Shown here: in pieces, positions 12,530-26,305 of the stretch
Layout: each line of letters starts with the position of its first letter
How positions within the stretch are numbered: position 1 is the stretch's first letter
NCBI RefSeq assembly: GCF_963921235.1
Contig: NC_086108.1
Span: 90,398,001 to 90,462,000, forward strand
Direction: 5' to 3'
Origin: Mobula hypostoma
Taxonomy: Eukaryota
DNA: 64,000 nt
Notes under the pieces: model-generated
Databases searched by the model: none
Seen by the model: the letters and a program-made list of their open reading frames with translations, nothing else
Told to the model about the DNA's origin: nothing
Made by a program: the position numbers and the translations under genes

Positions 12530-13165
12530 TGTGATGTTAATGGTGAACAATTTTAAGTTCCTCGGCATGCACATCGCTGAGGATCACACGTGGTCTGTAC
12601 TTATCGGCTGTGTGATGAGAAAAAGCACAACAGCGTCTTTTTCACCTCAGACAGTTGAAGAAGTTTGGTATGGCCCCCCAAATTCTTAAGAACTTTCTAC
12701 ATGGGCACAATTGATAGGATCCTGACTGGCTGCATCACTGCCTGGTATGGAAAATGTACTTCCCTCAATCACAGGACTCTGCAGAGAGTGTAGCGGATAG
12801 CCCAGTGCATCTGCCGTTGTGAACTTCTTACTATTCAGGCATTTACAAAGACAGGTGCGTAAAAAGGGCCCAAAGGATCATTGGAGACCCAAGTCATCCC
12901 AACCACAAACTGTTCTAGCTGCTACCATCCTGGAAATGGTATCAAAGCCGGACCAATAGGCTCCAGGACAGTTTCTTCCACCAGGCCATCAGACTGATTA
13001 ATTCATGCTGATACAACTGTATTTCTATGTAATATTGACTGTCCTGTTGGACATACTAATTATCACAAATTAGTATAAATTGCACATAGCACATTTAGAT
13101 GGAGATGTAACGTAAAGATTTTTACTCATGTATATGAAGGATGTAAGTAATAGTCAATTCAATTC
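12530..13165 (+). mobile_element. Rex1/Babar-like LINE 3' fragment
   Basis: Degenerate FKFLG..I.ED..W, KAQQRLFHLRQLKKF and LTGCITAWYG. Ends in a (CAATT)n tail. Confidence 0.8.
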
Positions 13166-15039
13166 AGTAATTGTGCTGCATACTTATATTTTATTACATG
13201 GACTTAATTTACACAGCTTTTTAGTGCTTTTGTGGTGCGTATGTGTTGCTATAAAGGTCTTGTTGTTGGGGAAGGGTTGTAAGGGTACTGGGGTTACAAT
13301 CAATAGGGTGTATTTTGTGGTCAACAGAGAAGGTGATAGATTGATTAATAAGGAGTACCATCAATGTGGATTGTCAGATTCATTGGGGGAGGGGAACAGG
13401 TAGAAATGAAGGTTAAGAGTGATGATAAGGGTCACACCAAACTAGGGAAGTTGGGGAAGTGCATTTGTTGACAAGTTCTCTCTTCTTTGTGTTCCCAATA
13501 TTGGAGAAGGCAGGTTCCCTTTAAGTAAATCTGAAGTAGTCTACTTCTATGAGTGGGCCACATATGGTGTGGATCATACTTGTGTAGTGAGTTTGAACAA
13601 GTCAGGTGGAAACCATGTATAGAAGCACAGCCAGCAGGTATTCCAGAACAAAGTCCTTTTGGAAGTACAGTATCTCAAAAATATCTTGAATTATGTCAGG
13701 TTTTTAACCCCTGTAACCAGAAAGATAATGCTAGGTATATAAAGAGTGTCTTGTTAGCTATAGTTAGGATATTTACTCTAAATGTGCATTCTACGAAGAT
13801 TCATGGTCATAGACATGTAGCTCTGAAGAACTGCATACTTAGAATGGGAATACCTCTTAACTGACAAGGCAGCTTTTTAATACTCAAACACCCCTGGATT
13901 GTCCAAAACCCTTGGCACTCAAAATGTATTCTTTTATCACACAATTGAGAGGTGGATATATGGATATACAATCACCCAGAATATTAACTGACAGAACACA
14001 GATGCCTACTTTATCCTTTCTCTGATCTCATTCTTGAAGTTTCAATGCAAGCTGATTAACATAAGCATTAACTTATTGTTCTCCTCTGCAGTAGTGCAAA
14101 ACCTGAATGCCCAATGAGTTGTTTCTATGCCTTTAGTTTATGGATAGATGTTACACGGTTTAATAAACTCTCTTCAAGTGCCAGTGGATGAGATTGTCTT
14201 GACAGTTTCCAAAGTATATCCGTTAATTGATCTCCCTGTGTGAACTGATAACCTGTAATCAAACAGACAATGGTGGTCTGTTGGATTACTGCTTGTAGGT
14301 TACATATGAACAGGTCTTTGTTTTGAAGACTGCTTCTCATTTGTATTAAAGGTTGCTATCAACAGAACCCCTCATTAAAATTGGCGTTATATGTTATATG
14401 GATCAATGCAAATTGCAAATGGGACATATAGGCATACATGGCATGCCTTTGAACTCCAAGTTCAAGTTTATTGTCATTCAGCCGTATGCATGTTATGCCT
14501 CTGTATACATCAATCACAACCATTGATTCCACCATGTGTTATTATACCGTACACATATAGAACTCTGAAGGAAAGTGTCAGACTTCTCGCTGCCTGCAGT
14601 ATGTCCCCAATTTTCAATTGCAATTCATGTTTTCATAGGAACAGAATCACACTGTGTGAAAAATCTGCATTCTATGCAGGATATATAGTGAATATCACAG
14701 GATGTGCATAATTGACAATTATCTAGCATGTATTTCAAGTCATGGATATGGTGGTATGTTTTGGAGCTCTTATAAGTACAACTACTGTATGGCTGTGTAA
14801 ATTGTATAGTTTTAAGATATACTTTACACTTTATGATATCCAGCCAGTTTTCCTGCAGAGCATGGATAATTTTCTTCATGGACCCATGCTGAGTCGAGAC
14901 TTCCTCAAATTTGTTTCACTCAAAACCCTTGGCACACCTTCTGAATATTCTGCACCAATTACTTTTTCTCTTTCCACTAATCTATGAAGAAGGTTGGAAG
15001 CGTTTACTTCCAAGCAGAGAGTGCCTTCACACAATGTAC

Positions 15040-15191
15040 CTCCACACGGCATGAGTGACTCTTCACAATCCAAATGTGTGAGCAGTAGTTGGTCTCGGCC
15101 CAAAAAAAAATGAGTGCCACAGTACAGTGCCTGTGTGTCAAGGCAAAGAAGTCGATCAGCAGGGATATGATTCTGTTGCGATGCAGAACAC
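15040..15191 (-). other. Exon-like segment in unique sequence (unidentified)
   Basis: Minus-strand acceptor cattctcctacgctccagacttcttttcag|GTG and donor GAG|gtacat. Two frames are open and several CpGs are retained. Product not recognised. Confidence 0.25.
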
Positions 15192-15974
15192 CTGAAAAGA
15201 AGTCTGGAGCGTAGGAGAATGAGCGAAGAATTGATGAGTTTTTCATTTCAATACAAGCATAAAGGGAGGAGGAGGATGCAAAACTGAATTTCTAGAAATT
15301 GCTGTGCTAGCGCCTATTTATGTAGCAATTTATGTAGCTTTTGATTATATTTGTAAAAACACCATTGTTTCTCAGAGCTTATTGTGTTGAACAGCTTGCA
15401 ATTTGCAAAAACTGAACAACACAAAATCACTATGTACCAAATATCAAAATTTTGATAATTGGTTGCATTAACTTTAGCACTATTTCAATTAACAGTGGGC
15501 CAATAATTATCATAATGAAAAATAATCCTTTATTAACTTGGGAGCATTTATCTTGCAGAGAAATTAGACTGTGTAGCAGTTTATTTCAACATCACGGGAT
15601 TACTTCCCATAAAGAGAAATGTGGCAATAGTAGCTTACTCTTTGCGAGTGGATGGATTCTTAGCAGCATCACATTATATCATTAATGAAGATACTTTTCT
15701 TTTACACAATCGTATGTGAAACTAGACCGAACAGTCTTGGTATTAGCCATCATTTGGCACACTGGGAGAACTATTTTTCAGTACTTCAGATTCCGATTGG
15801 GACAAAATTTAATTTCATTATTACCTTTTTTAACCCAAGCGGCCGATGACCCTAACCTAATTGACCTTGATCTCCGCCACTTCCCCACCTCCCCGTCCAT
15901 CTGAATGAGTCCTACAATGTTCGTGATTCTTCCAAAGCCTTAATGGAGTCTCAGATCTCTCTGACCCAGTTTAC

Positions 15975-16470
15975 GTGGAAGATAGAATCTGGAGCAAAAA
16001 AAAATAAACTAATGGAAGAACGGTGTGGGTCAAGTGGCTTCTGCAGAGAAGAATTGGTGGTTGACATTTTGGGCTGCCATTGTCTACATCAGGACTGAGA
16101 GGGATGGTAGCCAATGTAACAAAGTCAGTGGAAGGGGTGAGACAGAGGTTGGTAGATGATAGATGGTACCAGGTAATGGAGGAAGACGGGCAGATGGAGC
16201 CAATTAGAGTAGAGGGTAAGGAGTGCTCAGATAGAGCTGGTGACTGATGGGTAGAATCACAAGAAGAAAAGCAGACTGAGCTGAGTGGGAGAGAGGAAGG
16301 GGAGTGTAAAGACAGGCTGGTGGGTGACAGGTGGAACCAGAAAAGAGAGGGATGAAGGACAGAAAAAACTAGATGGGGGAGGGTATAAGAAAAGTGAACC
16401 AAGGGAGAAACAAAATAGGTAAGAGGGTGATGGTGGACCCCTGTGAGTGGGAAAGGTACAAAGGGGGAGC
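15975..16470 (-). mobile_element. Old Penelope-like 3' region
   Basis: Degenerate hammerhead box at ~16060-16097 (minus CAGTCCTGATGTAG..CCCAAAATGTCAAC) followed on the + strand by the purine-rich UTR complement. Confidence 0.6.
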
Positions 16471-16499
16471 ATGTTTTTTGAAATAGCAGACATTTTTAA

Positions 16500-17110
16500 A
16501 ATAAAATAAACTTCATTCATAATAAAAAATTCAAAATAAACACTGCATTACCTTTTCATTCGTTACATTCTAATAATGCTTTCAGTACTGCATTCCTACA
16601 CATCAATCAATAGCACTGTTGCCACTCCTGTGGTGGCTGGGGATGTTATACTATTGCAATAATTGAGGGGCTTCCTCCCTCAATGCATCCTCTCCTCCCC
16701 AAGTTGCAGGAAAACCCCTACGCTATGGTCTTTCCTCACTGAGCCCTTGTGGTAGCAGCACCCAGTATTGGTGTGTCCCTCAGCACCTACTCCTGCAACT
16801 TGAAGTGTGCCGGTTGGCAGCATCCCTCCACAGACATCTTGATGTGCTGGCAGACCAGAAAGTTTTAGGCAGACCAAAGTGAAATTTTCACTGAGTAGAC
16901 AGCCTGCCAGTGGCAATTGATGTCAATCTCTGTGTGTGTCCCTGGGAAGAGCCCGTAGATTGGAGAGTCCTCTGTCACGCAGCTGCTCGAGACGAACTGC
17001 AACACAGATCCTTTCAGCTTTCTCCACACCCACAGTCCGCAAATAGGGGATGCATATCTCTTCCCGTCTGATTACTAATGATGCTTCACTACAAAACAGC
17101 CAGTTCACTA
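16500..17110 (-). mobile_element. Tx1-like LINE 3' remnant
   Basis: Minus translation LWSA*NFLVCQH..CCQPAHFKLQE*VLRD..LGAA and EDSLIYGLFPGTHTE resembles the C-terminus of Tx1-clade ORF2. Confidence 0.6.
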
Positions 17111-17688
17111 GTCTTGAACATATTTCCCACCCCTCCAGCTCCCCCCATATCTTAGCAAAGGGCTGTGGGCATTGAGGTTTGTAACAGCTGGCATGAGACC
17201 ACCACGGAAATATTAGGCATAGTGTTTTTATAATAATTTTTGTGCTCCATTGCTTTCGGGCCTTCAGTTTTTAATTCCAGATGCAGTGGAAAACATTTAT
17301 AGTTTGATACAGTGTAGATTTTTTTTTTTCAATTTTGCTCAATTCAAAAGCAAATGGAAATGTTAACTGGGCTAGAATTCCTTCTAACCTAGTTATGTTG
17401 GAGCTAAAATCACAGTGTTAGCTTCTTCATTGTCACATTCCTTCAAAGTAGTTTCCTTTCTGCTCTTAGTTCACCAACTGATGATGTATCTTCAGGGAAA
17501 TCCAAGATACACTCATTGCAAAGTATCCTTTTAATGTGGCACATTTTGGGAAATGTTTATGGATGCTATTTTTGTATTTTTAACCTGTAACATAAGGTAA
17601 AATTAAGTGTTACATTGACTCAGGAATTGAGTGCTGCATGGGGGAAGCTTGCAAGTGTGTCCTGGTGTTGCATGTGCATAATTTTCAT

Positions 17689-18500
17689 TGTTACGTACCC
17701 CGTAACTGGGTTGCCAAACCAGCAGAAATGGAACACGTGTTGGAGTCTGTGATTACTAGGAACTAATAAACTTTTATTAAAGAAATAAGTAATACAGTAC
17801 ACTAATCGCAAGGATGTAAATGTAACAGGTTAGCAATGATAGTATACACATGTACACAGAAATAGGGTAATAGAAATCAACCAAGCTCTATCGCAGTCTA
17901 GGGGTAAAATGATCAGTCTTAAGTGAAGCAGAGTTCAGTTCAGTCTAGTGCAGTTTGAAGTAATTGCTGTTGTACCGTTGGGGAGAGAGAGAGTGAGAGA
18001 TGCAGTTGGTTTCAGGCAAACCTTTTCGATGCCTTCTGACCCAGCTGTGGTCACCGACTGTGACCCCTCCGTTCCGGATGCGATCGTTCTTCCATTGTGA
18101 ACCCGGCACCCAGGCAAGGGCGGACACACACCAGGTTCCCACCGATCGTATCTTTACACCCTGTGAGCCTCTGACTCATTCCCGCGAACTGGTCCTCCAA
18201 ACTCCCACCACCTTGTAGGGCACACTGCTCTTTCCAGGGTCTCGTGGCGTGTGTGTCCCGTGCCTTAGCAAACCTGCTATTTTTATCCCCCTGCTGGGGT
18301 ATCACCTGTCAATCAAACTTCAAACAGTTCAGGTTCAAAGCAAACAGTCTGTCGCAGATGCCAACATCAGAATTGTATTTCTTTCTCATTAATCTCTCTC
18401 TTCTCTCTTATTAGCATGTTGAATGTTTCTCCATTGTCTTCCGTTATCTCTCTCATTAGCATCATCCATCCTGCAGCTCTGCTTGGCATCACACATGACA
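17689..18500 (-). mobile_element. Solo LTR (Gypsy-like)
   Basis: Termini TGTTACG...CATGACA with a perfect 4-bp TSD TCAT (17685-17688, 18501-18504). CpG-rich, no ORF. Orientation is inferred. Confidence 0.85.
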
Positions 18501-18849
18501 TCATATGCATACATGAGTCCCCTTACAAGGATTCTTGCAAGCACTAGTCACAATGTTTCCCTATTAATGGACAAGAAACCAGGAGAAATTCCAAGAATCC
18601 TACCCACACTAGCTGAACTTCACCGATACTAATTTGCAGCAGCATTCCCTACATTTCTTAATGGGAAGATCAGCACTCAATCTGCTGGAAGTTATTTTGC
18701 AGCCTGGGAACATTGAAAAGAAGGATGAAAGTACAGACCTGACAGTGTGCTGATTACAAAATCACAATTAATGGTAAAAACTTTGGCGTCTTGAAGACTG
18801 AGGAATCCTCTAAGGACCAGATGAAACTGAAGAAGCAGGATGTGACCAG

Positions 18850-19340
18850 AGAGAATAGTGACAGAATACTGTGGATCTCAATGCTCGAAAGAGCTGAATG
18901 ATAATGTGCATCTGAAGAATAAAGGAAATGTCTTATGCTTGGAGTCAAAGAATGTGGATGAAGTACAAGGTGCGTACATTGAGTCAATATTCACCAAGGA
19001 GAAAGACATGGAAGTTAGTGAGGAGTGTGCTAATGTGCTGGGGCATTTTGAGAACAAGAAGGAAGTAATGCTGTTTCTTTTTTAAAAGGGGATCAAGGTG
19101 AGTAAGTTCCCTGAGTCTGATGGAATACATCATAGGTTATTGAAAGAGGCAAGAGAGAAGATTGCAGGGACCTTGTCAGAAATCTTTGCATCCTCACTAA
19201 CAGCAGACAAGGTCCCGGAGGACTGTTGAGAGTCAGTGTTTTCCTGTTTTTCAAAAATCCCTGAAATTATAGGCCGGTTAGCTTCTCATCAGTAGTAGGA
19301 AAGCTATTGGAGAGGAATCTCAGAGATATAATTTACCCAC
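18850..19340 (+). mobile_element. CR1-type LINE linker/RT fragment
   Basis: Degenerate SIFTKE, K.P.SDG, PED and NYRPVS..SVVGKLLE motifs. Confidence 0.7.
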
Positions 19341-19971
19341 TTTTCTCCTGGGTAGAAAAGCTAGATTAGCTAATGTGTGATTTTTGTCTTTGTTACTGAA
19401 CAATATTTAGTTTGTTAGTTTTTTTTTGGTTCATGCTTTCAAGGTTCATGCCAATTGGAACTTGATAAAAGATCAGTAACAGAAGGATTGCAAAGTAGGA
19501 ATTGTGTTACTTTAGGGATTTGTCTTCCCATCAGTGGTTATCACTTGTGCATATGGTATTAGTGGAAAGTAAGCATTTACTAATCATCCTTATTTACCAG
19601 TTAGGATAGCTAGAGGCAAACTTCTTCTCCTAAGTTCCGGAATTCCAGGGCTTTAGTGCCGAATGAAGCCTCGATACAATAGATGACTAATTATATTGGA
19701 AAGTGAAATAATATTGGGAAGCAAAGATGTGTAAATTGGAATCTATCTTAACGGAATTGAAATATTAGCAGCAACCTGTGTTATTTCAGGTGGTAAAGTT
19801 TGTAGGTTTTCACTATTTGGAAAGCAACCATTGTTGAGATGTAATGAGGTAGACAATGTTGGATTTTTCAGGCTGACTGGGTCATGGGCTTGGTATTACA
19901 AGACATTGATTTATGCCAATTAAATATAAATTGTTCAGTGTCTTTGTAGCTGTATAGAACTTCTCTTAAAC

Positions 19972-20560
19972 CATAAACACAAAAGATTCTGCAGAGGCTG
20001 GAAATCCAAGGGAATACACACAAAATGCTGGATGAATTTAGCAGGTCAGGCAGCTTCAATGGAGAGGAATGCAGAGTTGATATTTTGGGCTGAGACCCTT
20101 CATCAGGACGGGGAAGAAAGGGGGAAGAAGCCAGAATATGAAAGTGGGGGGAAGGGGAAGGCAAACAAGATGGAAGATGATGTGAAGCCAGGTGAGGGGG
20201 AAGGTGGGTGGGTGGGGTAGGGGGATGAAGAGAGAAGCTTAGGATATTGATGGGTGGAAAAGATAAAGGGCTGAAGAAGGAAGCTGATAGGAGAGGAGAG
20301 TGGAGCATGGGAGAAAGGGAAGGCGGAGGGGCACCAGTGATGAGCAGGTGAGGAGAGAAGTGGTAAGAAGGGAGCCAGAATTCAAAAAAAGAGGGAAGGG
20401 GAAGAAATTACCAGAAATTGGAAAAAATCGAGTGTTCGTGCCATCAGGGTGCAAACTACCCAGATGGAATATGGGGTGTTGTTCGCCCAACCTGAGAGTG
20501 ACCTCATCATGGCAGTGGAAGAGGCCGTGGACTAACACGTCAGAATTGGAATGGGGAGTA
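19972..20560 (-). mobile_element. Penelope-like element 3' part (older subfamily)
   Basis: Minus translation HGLFHCHDEVTLRLGEQHPIFHLGSLHPDGTN (GIY-YIG C-terminus). CpG-decayed hammerhead box at ~20076-20109. Confidence 0.85.
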
Positions 20561-20987
20561 TAGCCTCTACTTGAAAATGCTTGAACACTTTACAAATAAG
20601 GAGTGGAATTCCCTGTAGCAGCATACAGAGCTTCTGGATATACATTCATAGACACAGTCGTTAACTGCCTGATATAGAGCATTTTGTCATCTGTGTCATC
20701 AATCCCTCAAATGCTGAAGTGGGGGAAAGAGAATATGCAATGAGAACACTTTTGAATATCGAGGAGAAATGAGAAGACTTTGTGAGACTTTCACTTAATG
20801 GAGGGTCATCAGTACTAGGCAGTAAGATGGTGCAATGTTAAATGGACACTTGTCATTCTAAGTCTGAATGATGCCAAGATCCTTGCTGCATTTGGAAATC
20901 CATTGACACTGTATGTGAGCTCTGAGGTGAAAGCAGAGGGGTTCTCTTGTAACCTCAAGGCTGCAAGATGCAACCTAGCAGCACGTT

Positions 20988-21910
20988 CATAGAAGATTGA
21001 AATTTACAGCACATTACAGGTCCTTTGGCCCATAATGTTGTGCCAGCCGTGTAACCTACTCTAGAGAGTGCCTAGAATTTCCCTCGAGCATAGCCCTCTA
21101 TTTTTCAAAGCTTCATGTACCTATCTAAGACGCTCTTAAAAGACCCTGGTGTATCTGCTACCACCACTGTTGACTGCAGTGTATTCCACGCACCCACCGC
21201 TCTCTGTGTGTAAAAAAAAACAAACAACTTACCCCTGCCATCCCCTCGGTACCTATTTCCAAGCACCTTAAAACTATGCCCCTACATGTTAGCCATTTCA
21301 GCCCCAGGAAGAAGCCTCTGGCTATCCACTCGATCAATGTCCTTCATCATCTTGTACACCTCTATCAGGTCTCCTCTCACCCTCTATCGTGCCAAGGAGA
21401 AAAGGCAAAGCACACTCAACCTATTCTCATGAGGTACACCTTACAATCCAGGCAACATCCATGTAAGTCTCCTCTGCACGCTCTCTGTAGTACCCACATC
21501 CTTCCTGTAGTGAGGTGACCAGAAATGAACACAGTACTCCAAGTGGGGTCTGACCAAGGTCTTATATAGCTGTAACATTACCTCACAGCTCTTGAACTCA
21601 ATCCCATGGTTGATGAATGCCAATACACCATACGCCTTCTTAACAACACTGTCAACCTGTGCAGCAGCTTTGAATGTCCTATTGACATAGACCCCAAGAT
21701 CTCTCAGATTCTCCACGCTGCCAAGAGTCTTACCATTTATATTCTGTCTTCACATTGGACCTACCAAAATGAACCACTTCACACTTACCTGGGTTGAAAT
21801 CCATCTGCCACTTCTCAACACAGTTCTGCATCCTATCGATGTAAAGCTGTAACCTCTGACACCCCCCCCCGACTATCCACAGCAGCCCCAACCTTTGTGT
21901 CATCAGCAAA
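20988..21910 (-). mobile_element. CR1-type LINE 3' fragment
   Basis: Motifs RDLGVYV, KKAYGVLAFI, YKTLVRPHLEYCV.FWSP. Confidence 0.85.
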
Positions 21911-22399
21911 GAGGATCTCCCTTTGTACTGCCAAATGTCACATTTTCCTTCTCCTCCTTCTCAGCAGATAAAGTCAATCCCTTCATTACTTTGGGATGAG
22001 CTGGTCAAAATAAGTTTGATGAGTAATGACTATGAAGTACGTTTGTGGTACAGTGATGACGGAAGTAGTGGTTGTTTAGGATGGGAGGAGGTACAGCTGA
22101 TAGATTATAACTAGCTTTTAAAAGATTCGTCTTCAGGTTGGGTTAATGAACTAAAGATAGAGGTTGAAATATTGAAGTGTTGGAGACATTTTAGTATGCG
22201 TAACAAGAGAGATTTCAAAAAGTGAGAGGGAGCAGTCAGGACATTCTGCAGACCACATATAACTTAAAGACATTGGAGTGTATGTAGCAAGAGAGAGATT
22301 TCAAAATACGTGAGCTGGGCTGTTGAGACAGTCTCCATACATCACAGGAGATGTTGGAGTGTGTGTAGTTGGGTGCTTAGGAAGGTCCAATAAAAGGAA

Positions 22400-23745
22400 G
22401 TAAGATTTAAGTGGAGTGTCAGTTGTATGAGTGGGCCAGTGTTAGAATGAAATGCTCAAGCTTTTGCTCAGAGAGGTGGAGAACTGTTTTTCATTTTATT
22501 TATCTTTCTTTCATATTGCACACTTCGAGCAATGGGGATGCCAGGCACGGTACCTGGATGCTCTTTTTGCAGGATGTGCAAAGACAGGAAGACCTCCAGT
22601 GTCCCTGATGACTACACCTGCAAGAAGTGCATCCAGCTGCAGCTTCTAACAGACCATGTAAAGGAACTGGAGCTGGAGCTGGAGCTGAAGCTAAATGAAC
22701 TCCAGATCATTTAGGAGGCTGAGGAGTTGAATGACAGGCAACACAGGGAGATAATTACACCCAGAGTGCAGGGCGCAGGTAACTGGGAACTGTCAGGAAG
22801 GAGAAAGGGGCAAGGCAGCCAATGGAGAGTACCCCTGCAGTTATTCCCCTCAATTACAGGTATAATTGACCTGTAATTGAGGTGAACGGCCACAGGGATA
22901 CTCTCTGACTTGAGGCCTGTGACTAGTTAGATTAGATTAGATTAGATTAGATTCAACTGTATTGTCATTGTGCTGAGTACAGATACAAAGCCAATGAAAT
23001 GCATTTAGCATCTGACCAGAAATGCAAAGCATAGTATTATTTACAAAATAACTGCAAATGAAAAAGTGCTACAGCACACAAATATAAAAGTACTGAGACA
23101 GTACGATATAGGTGCAATACTGCTTAGCGCTGCGATGAGAGGTTCAGCAGTGTCACAACCTCGGAAGAAGCTCTTCCTGTGCCTGCTGGTGCGGGAGCGG
23201 AGGCTCCTGTAGCACCTACTGGTGTGGGCCTAGTGGTGCGCTTGTAAAGAGAGCTTTTGACACATTCTCCTTCATAACTTAAGTATTGAGTATAGCGGTT
23301 GGAATGTTATGTTGAAGTTTTATAATGGATGCAGTCCTAGGCATCTACCTCAGGGAAGGAGATCAATAAGATTGAAAGAGTGCAGAGAAGATTTACAAGG
23401 ATGTTGCCAGGACTTGAGGGCTTGAGTTATAGGGAAAAGTTTTAAATGTTTGGATATTGTTTCCCAGAGCATAGGTGAATGAAGGGAGATTTGAACTGTT
23501 TAAAGGGCAGCATGGGGGGGGGGGCAGTGTGGGGTTAGTGTCTTCACTCCCAGTGTGGTGAGACTGTGAAATGAGCTGCTAGCAGATAATTCAGTTTCGA
23601 TTTCAACATTTAAGAAGAATTTGGATGAGTGCTTATATAGGTGTGGTTTGGAGTTGCTGGTCAACAGGATGAGGCAGATTTATAGTTCAGCATGGACTAG
23701 ATAGTCTGAAGGGCCTGTTTCTGTGCTGTAGTATTCTATCTCTAT
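22400..23745 (+). mobile_element. Heavily deleted CR1 (ORF1 N-terminus joined to RT/3' end)
   Basis: PDDYTCKKCIQLQLLTDHVKELELEL (CR1 ORF1 Cys/coiled-coil region), then RT 3' remnants at 23225-23745. Interrupted at 22926-23225. Confidence 0.7.
22926..23225 (-). mobile_element. Rex1-like 3' end with (TCTAA)n tail
   Basis: Minus translation YRSLRSRTSRHRKSFF. ATTAG pentamer repeats at ~22929-22952. Confidence 0.7.
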
Positions 23746-24794
23746 CTGTGATCTTATTCAGTGGATGATTGAATTTATTGGCCTACTCTTCTCCCTGTGC
23801 CTCTTGTAGCTCATACAGTGGTTCATTTTTATAGGTGAGCAAATCTTTAATGTGGAATTATGTTCCTTTTAATATTCTAGCGTCTTTACAGTTACAGCAA
23901 GCCTTTGCAGTTTGAGTGAATCTGTCACACGGCTTATAGCGGTACTTGCATTCAAGTAATTCATTTAATCAAAATCTCAGCATTGTGCTCTTGATCCCAC
24001 CAAGACAATTCTTTCCAATAAAATTATGTAATTATTTCCTGAATCATGTTCTGAATAAAACTGCTATAGGATAGATTTTATGGGATAATTTATGCTGTAT
24101 CCGGCTGCATTTTTTCTGTAGTTGGCATTTATTTCATTTTTTTCATAAAAATTATGAATCTTAATATTTAAAAAGCATAAAATATATTTGACAGTTTAAC
24201 TTGCATACCAAATTATAATAATTTCTTTTATAACTATTCAGATTTAAAGCTACTTTATTTTTTAAACAGGCGACATCAATGCTGATGCAATCGGTTTTTT
24301 TCACTCCATAATACATTTGAATTCACAACTTACCACATTTCAGAGAATCTTGCAATTCAGTAGGACTTTCTCATTATGTTAAAAAGAAACTGAAAAGAAC
24401 CTGTGTTTTTCATGCTGTCACTTATTCAAGACTCAAGATTGCTTAATGCCATTCTTCCATATAAGAGTGCAAAGGAGAATGAAATGATTGTTACTCTGGA
24501 TCCAGTGCAGCATATAAAAAACACTAAGCATAAAGAACACCATAACAAAAACATAAAAAACCCCACAATAAATATAAATATAAATTGAATTGTATAAAAC
24601 AATATACAAGTAACTGTAACGTACTTAGAGTGACTGTATATACAAAGAGTGATGCTAGGTGATGTATGTAGTGGCGTTGGTGTGTGTGTGGTGCGAGGGG
24701 TTAATAGTTGCAGGTGTTGATCAGCCTAATGACCTGGGTGTTTATGATCTCTTTCCCACAACAAACTTGAGTCATTTTGCATCTGACATTGTGA

Positions 24795-26305
24795 AACAAT
24801 GTGTATCCAAGGACAGGCAGGTAGGCAGAGGGGGTGGGGTAGCTCTGTTGGTAACAAAAAGATGAAATCAAATCCTCAGAAAGAGGTGACATGGGGTCGG
24901 AAGGTGCAGAATCATTGTGGGTAGAACTAAGAAACTGCAAGGTTAAAAAGACCATGATGGGAATTATACACAGGCCTCCATACAAAATTAAGCACGAAGG
25001 ATACAAATTACAATGGAAGATTAAAAAATGTGTGTCAAAAGGGCAATGTTTTAATAGTCATGGGTGATTTCAATATGCAGGTAGATTGGGTAAATTGGGT
25101 TGGTGCTGGGTCTCAGGAGGGGGAGTTTGTAGATGTTGGAGTCAATTGTTAAGGATGGGGTTTTGGGGTACTTGGAGGCATGTGATAAAATAGGATGAAG
25201 TCAGCAGAGTTTCCTTAAGGGAAAATCTTGTCTGACAAATCTGTTAGAATTCTTTGAAGAAATGACATGTATAACAGAGAATGGAGAATGAATGGATGTT
25301 GTGTACTTGGAATTTCAGATGTCCTTTGGCAAAGTGCCACATATGAAGCTGCTTAACGATATAAGAGCCCATGGTATTACAAGAAAGATACTAACATGGA
25401 TAGAGCATTGGCTGATTGGCAGGAGGGAAAGAGTGGGAATAAAGGGAACCTTTTCTGCTTCTCTTCTGGTGACTAGTGGTGTTCCATAGGGATCTGTGTT
25501 GGGATTGCTTCTTTTTGTGTTAAATGTCAATGATTTAGATGGTGGAATTGATGGCTTTGTGGCCAAGCTTATGGATGGTATGAAGATAGGTGGAGGGGCA
25601 GGTGGTGTTGAGAAAGCAAAGGGGCAGCAAAGGGATTTAGATTAGGAGAGTAGGCAGAGATGAGGTGGAAGTGATGCTCTGTGGGAAGAGTAAGGTCATG
25701 CACTTGGTAGAAGAAATAAAAGTGTAGACCATTTTCTAAACGGCAAGAAAATTCAAAACTCTGAGGTACAAAGGGGCATCCTTGTGTAGGATTCCCAAAA
25801 AATTAATTTACAGGTTGAGTCGGTGGTAGGAATGGTTAAATGCAAAGTTTGCATTCATTTCTAGAGGACTAGAATATAAAAACAAGGATGTAATTTTGAG
25901 GCTTTATAAAGCACTGGTGAGGCCTCGTTTGGAGTATTGTGAATAGTTTTGGGCCCCTTATCTATGAAAGGATGTGTTGACATTAGAGAGGATTCAAAGG
26001 AGGTTCATGAAAATGCTCTTGGGATCGAAAGGCTTATCATATGAAGAGCATTTGATGAGGACGAATTTCTTTAGCCAGAGAATTGTGAAACTGTGGAATT
26101 CATTGCCACAGGCAGCTGTGCGGTGTAAGTCATTGGGTATATTTAAAGCAGAGGTTGATAAATTCTTGATGAGTCAGGGCATGAAGGGGTCCAGGAAGAA
26201 GGCTGGAATTTGGGGCTGAGAAGGAAACGGATCAGCCATGCTAACGTGGTGGAGCAGACTGGATGGGCCAAATGGCCTAATTCTACTCCCCTATCTTATG
26301 GTCAT
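24795..26305 (+). mobile_element. CR1-type LINE with internal deletions
   Basis: EN motifs DRQVGRGGGVAL, HRPP, MGDFN, then RT motifs DVVYLEFQ and VTSGVP and the 3' UTR. Confidence 0.85.

Noticed and set aside
22929..22952. (ATTAG)n as telomere-like or CRISPR-like repeats (also 40853-40872)
   Set aside because: These are short-repeat 3' tails of retroposons. There are no spacers and the unit is not TTAGGG.
24334..24389. Minus-strand exon-like segment with a strong gtaagt donor
   Set aside because: All three frames contain stops. It could only be non-coding and there is no other support.
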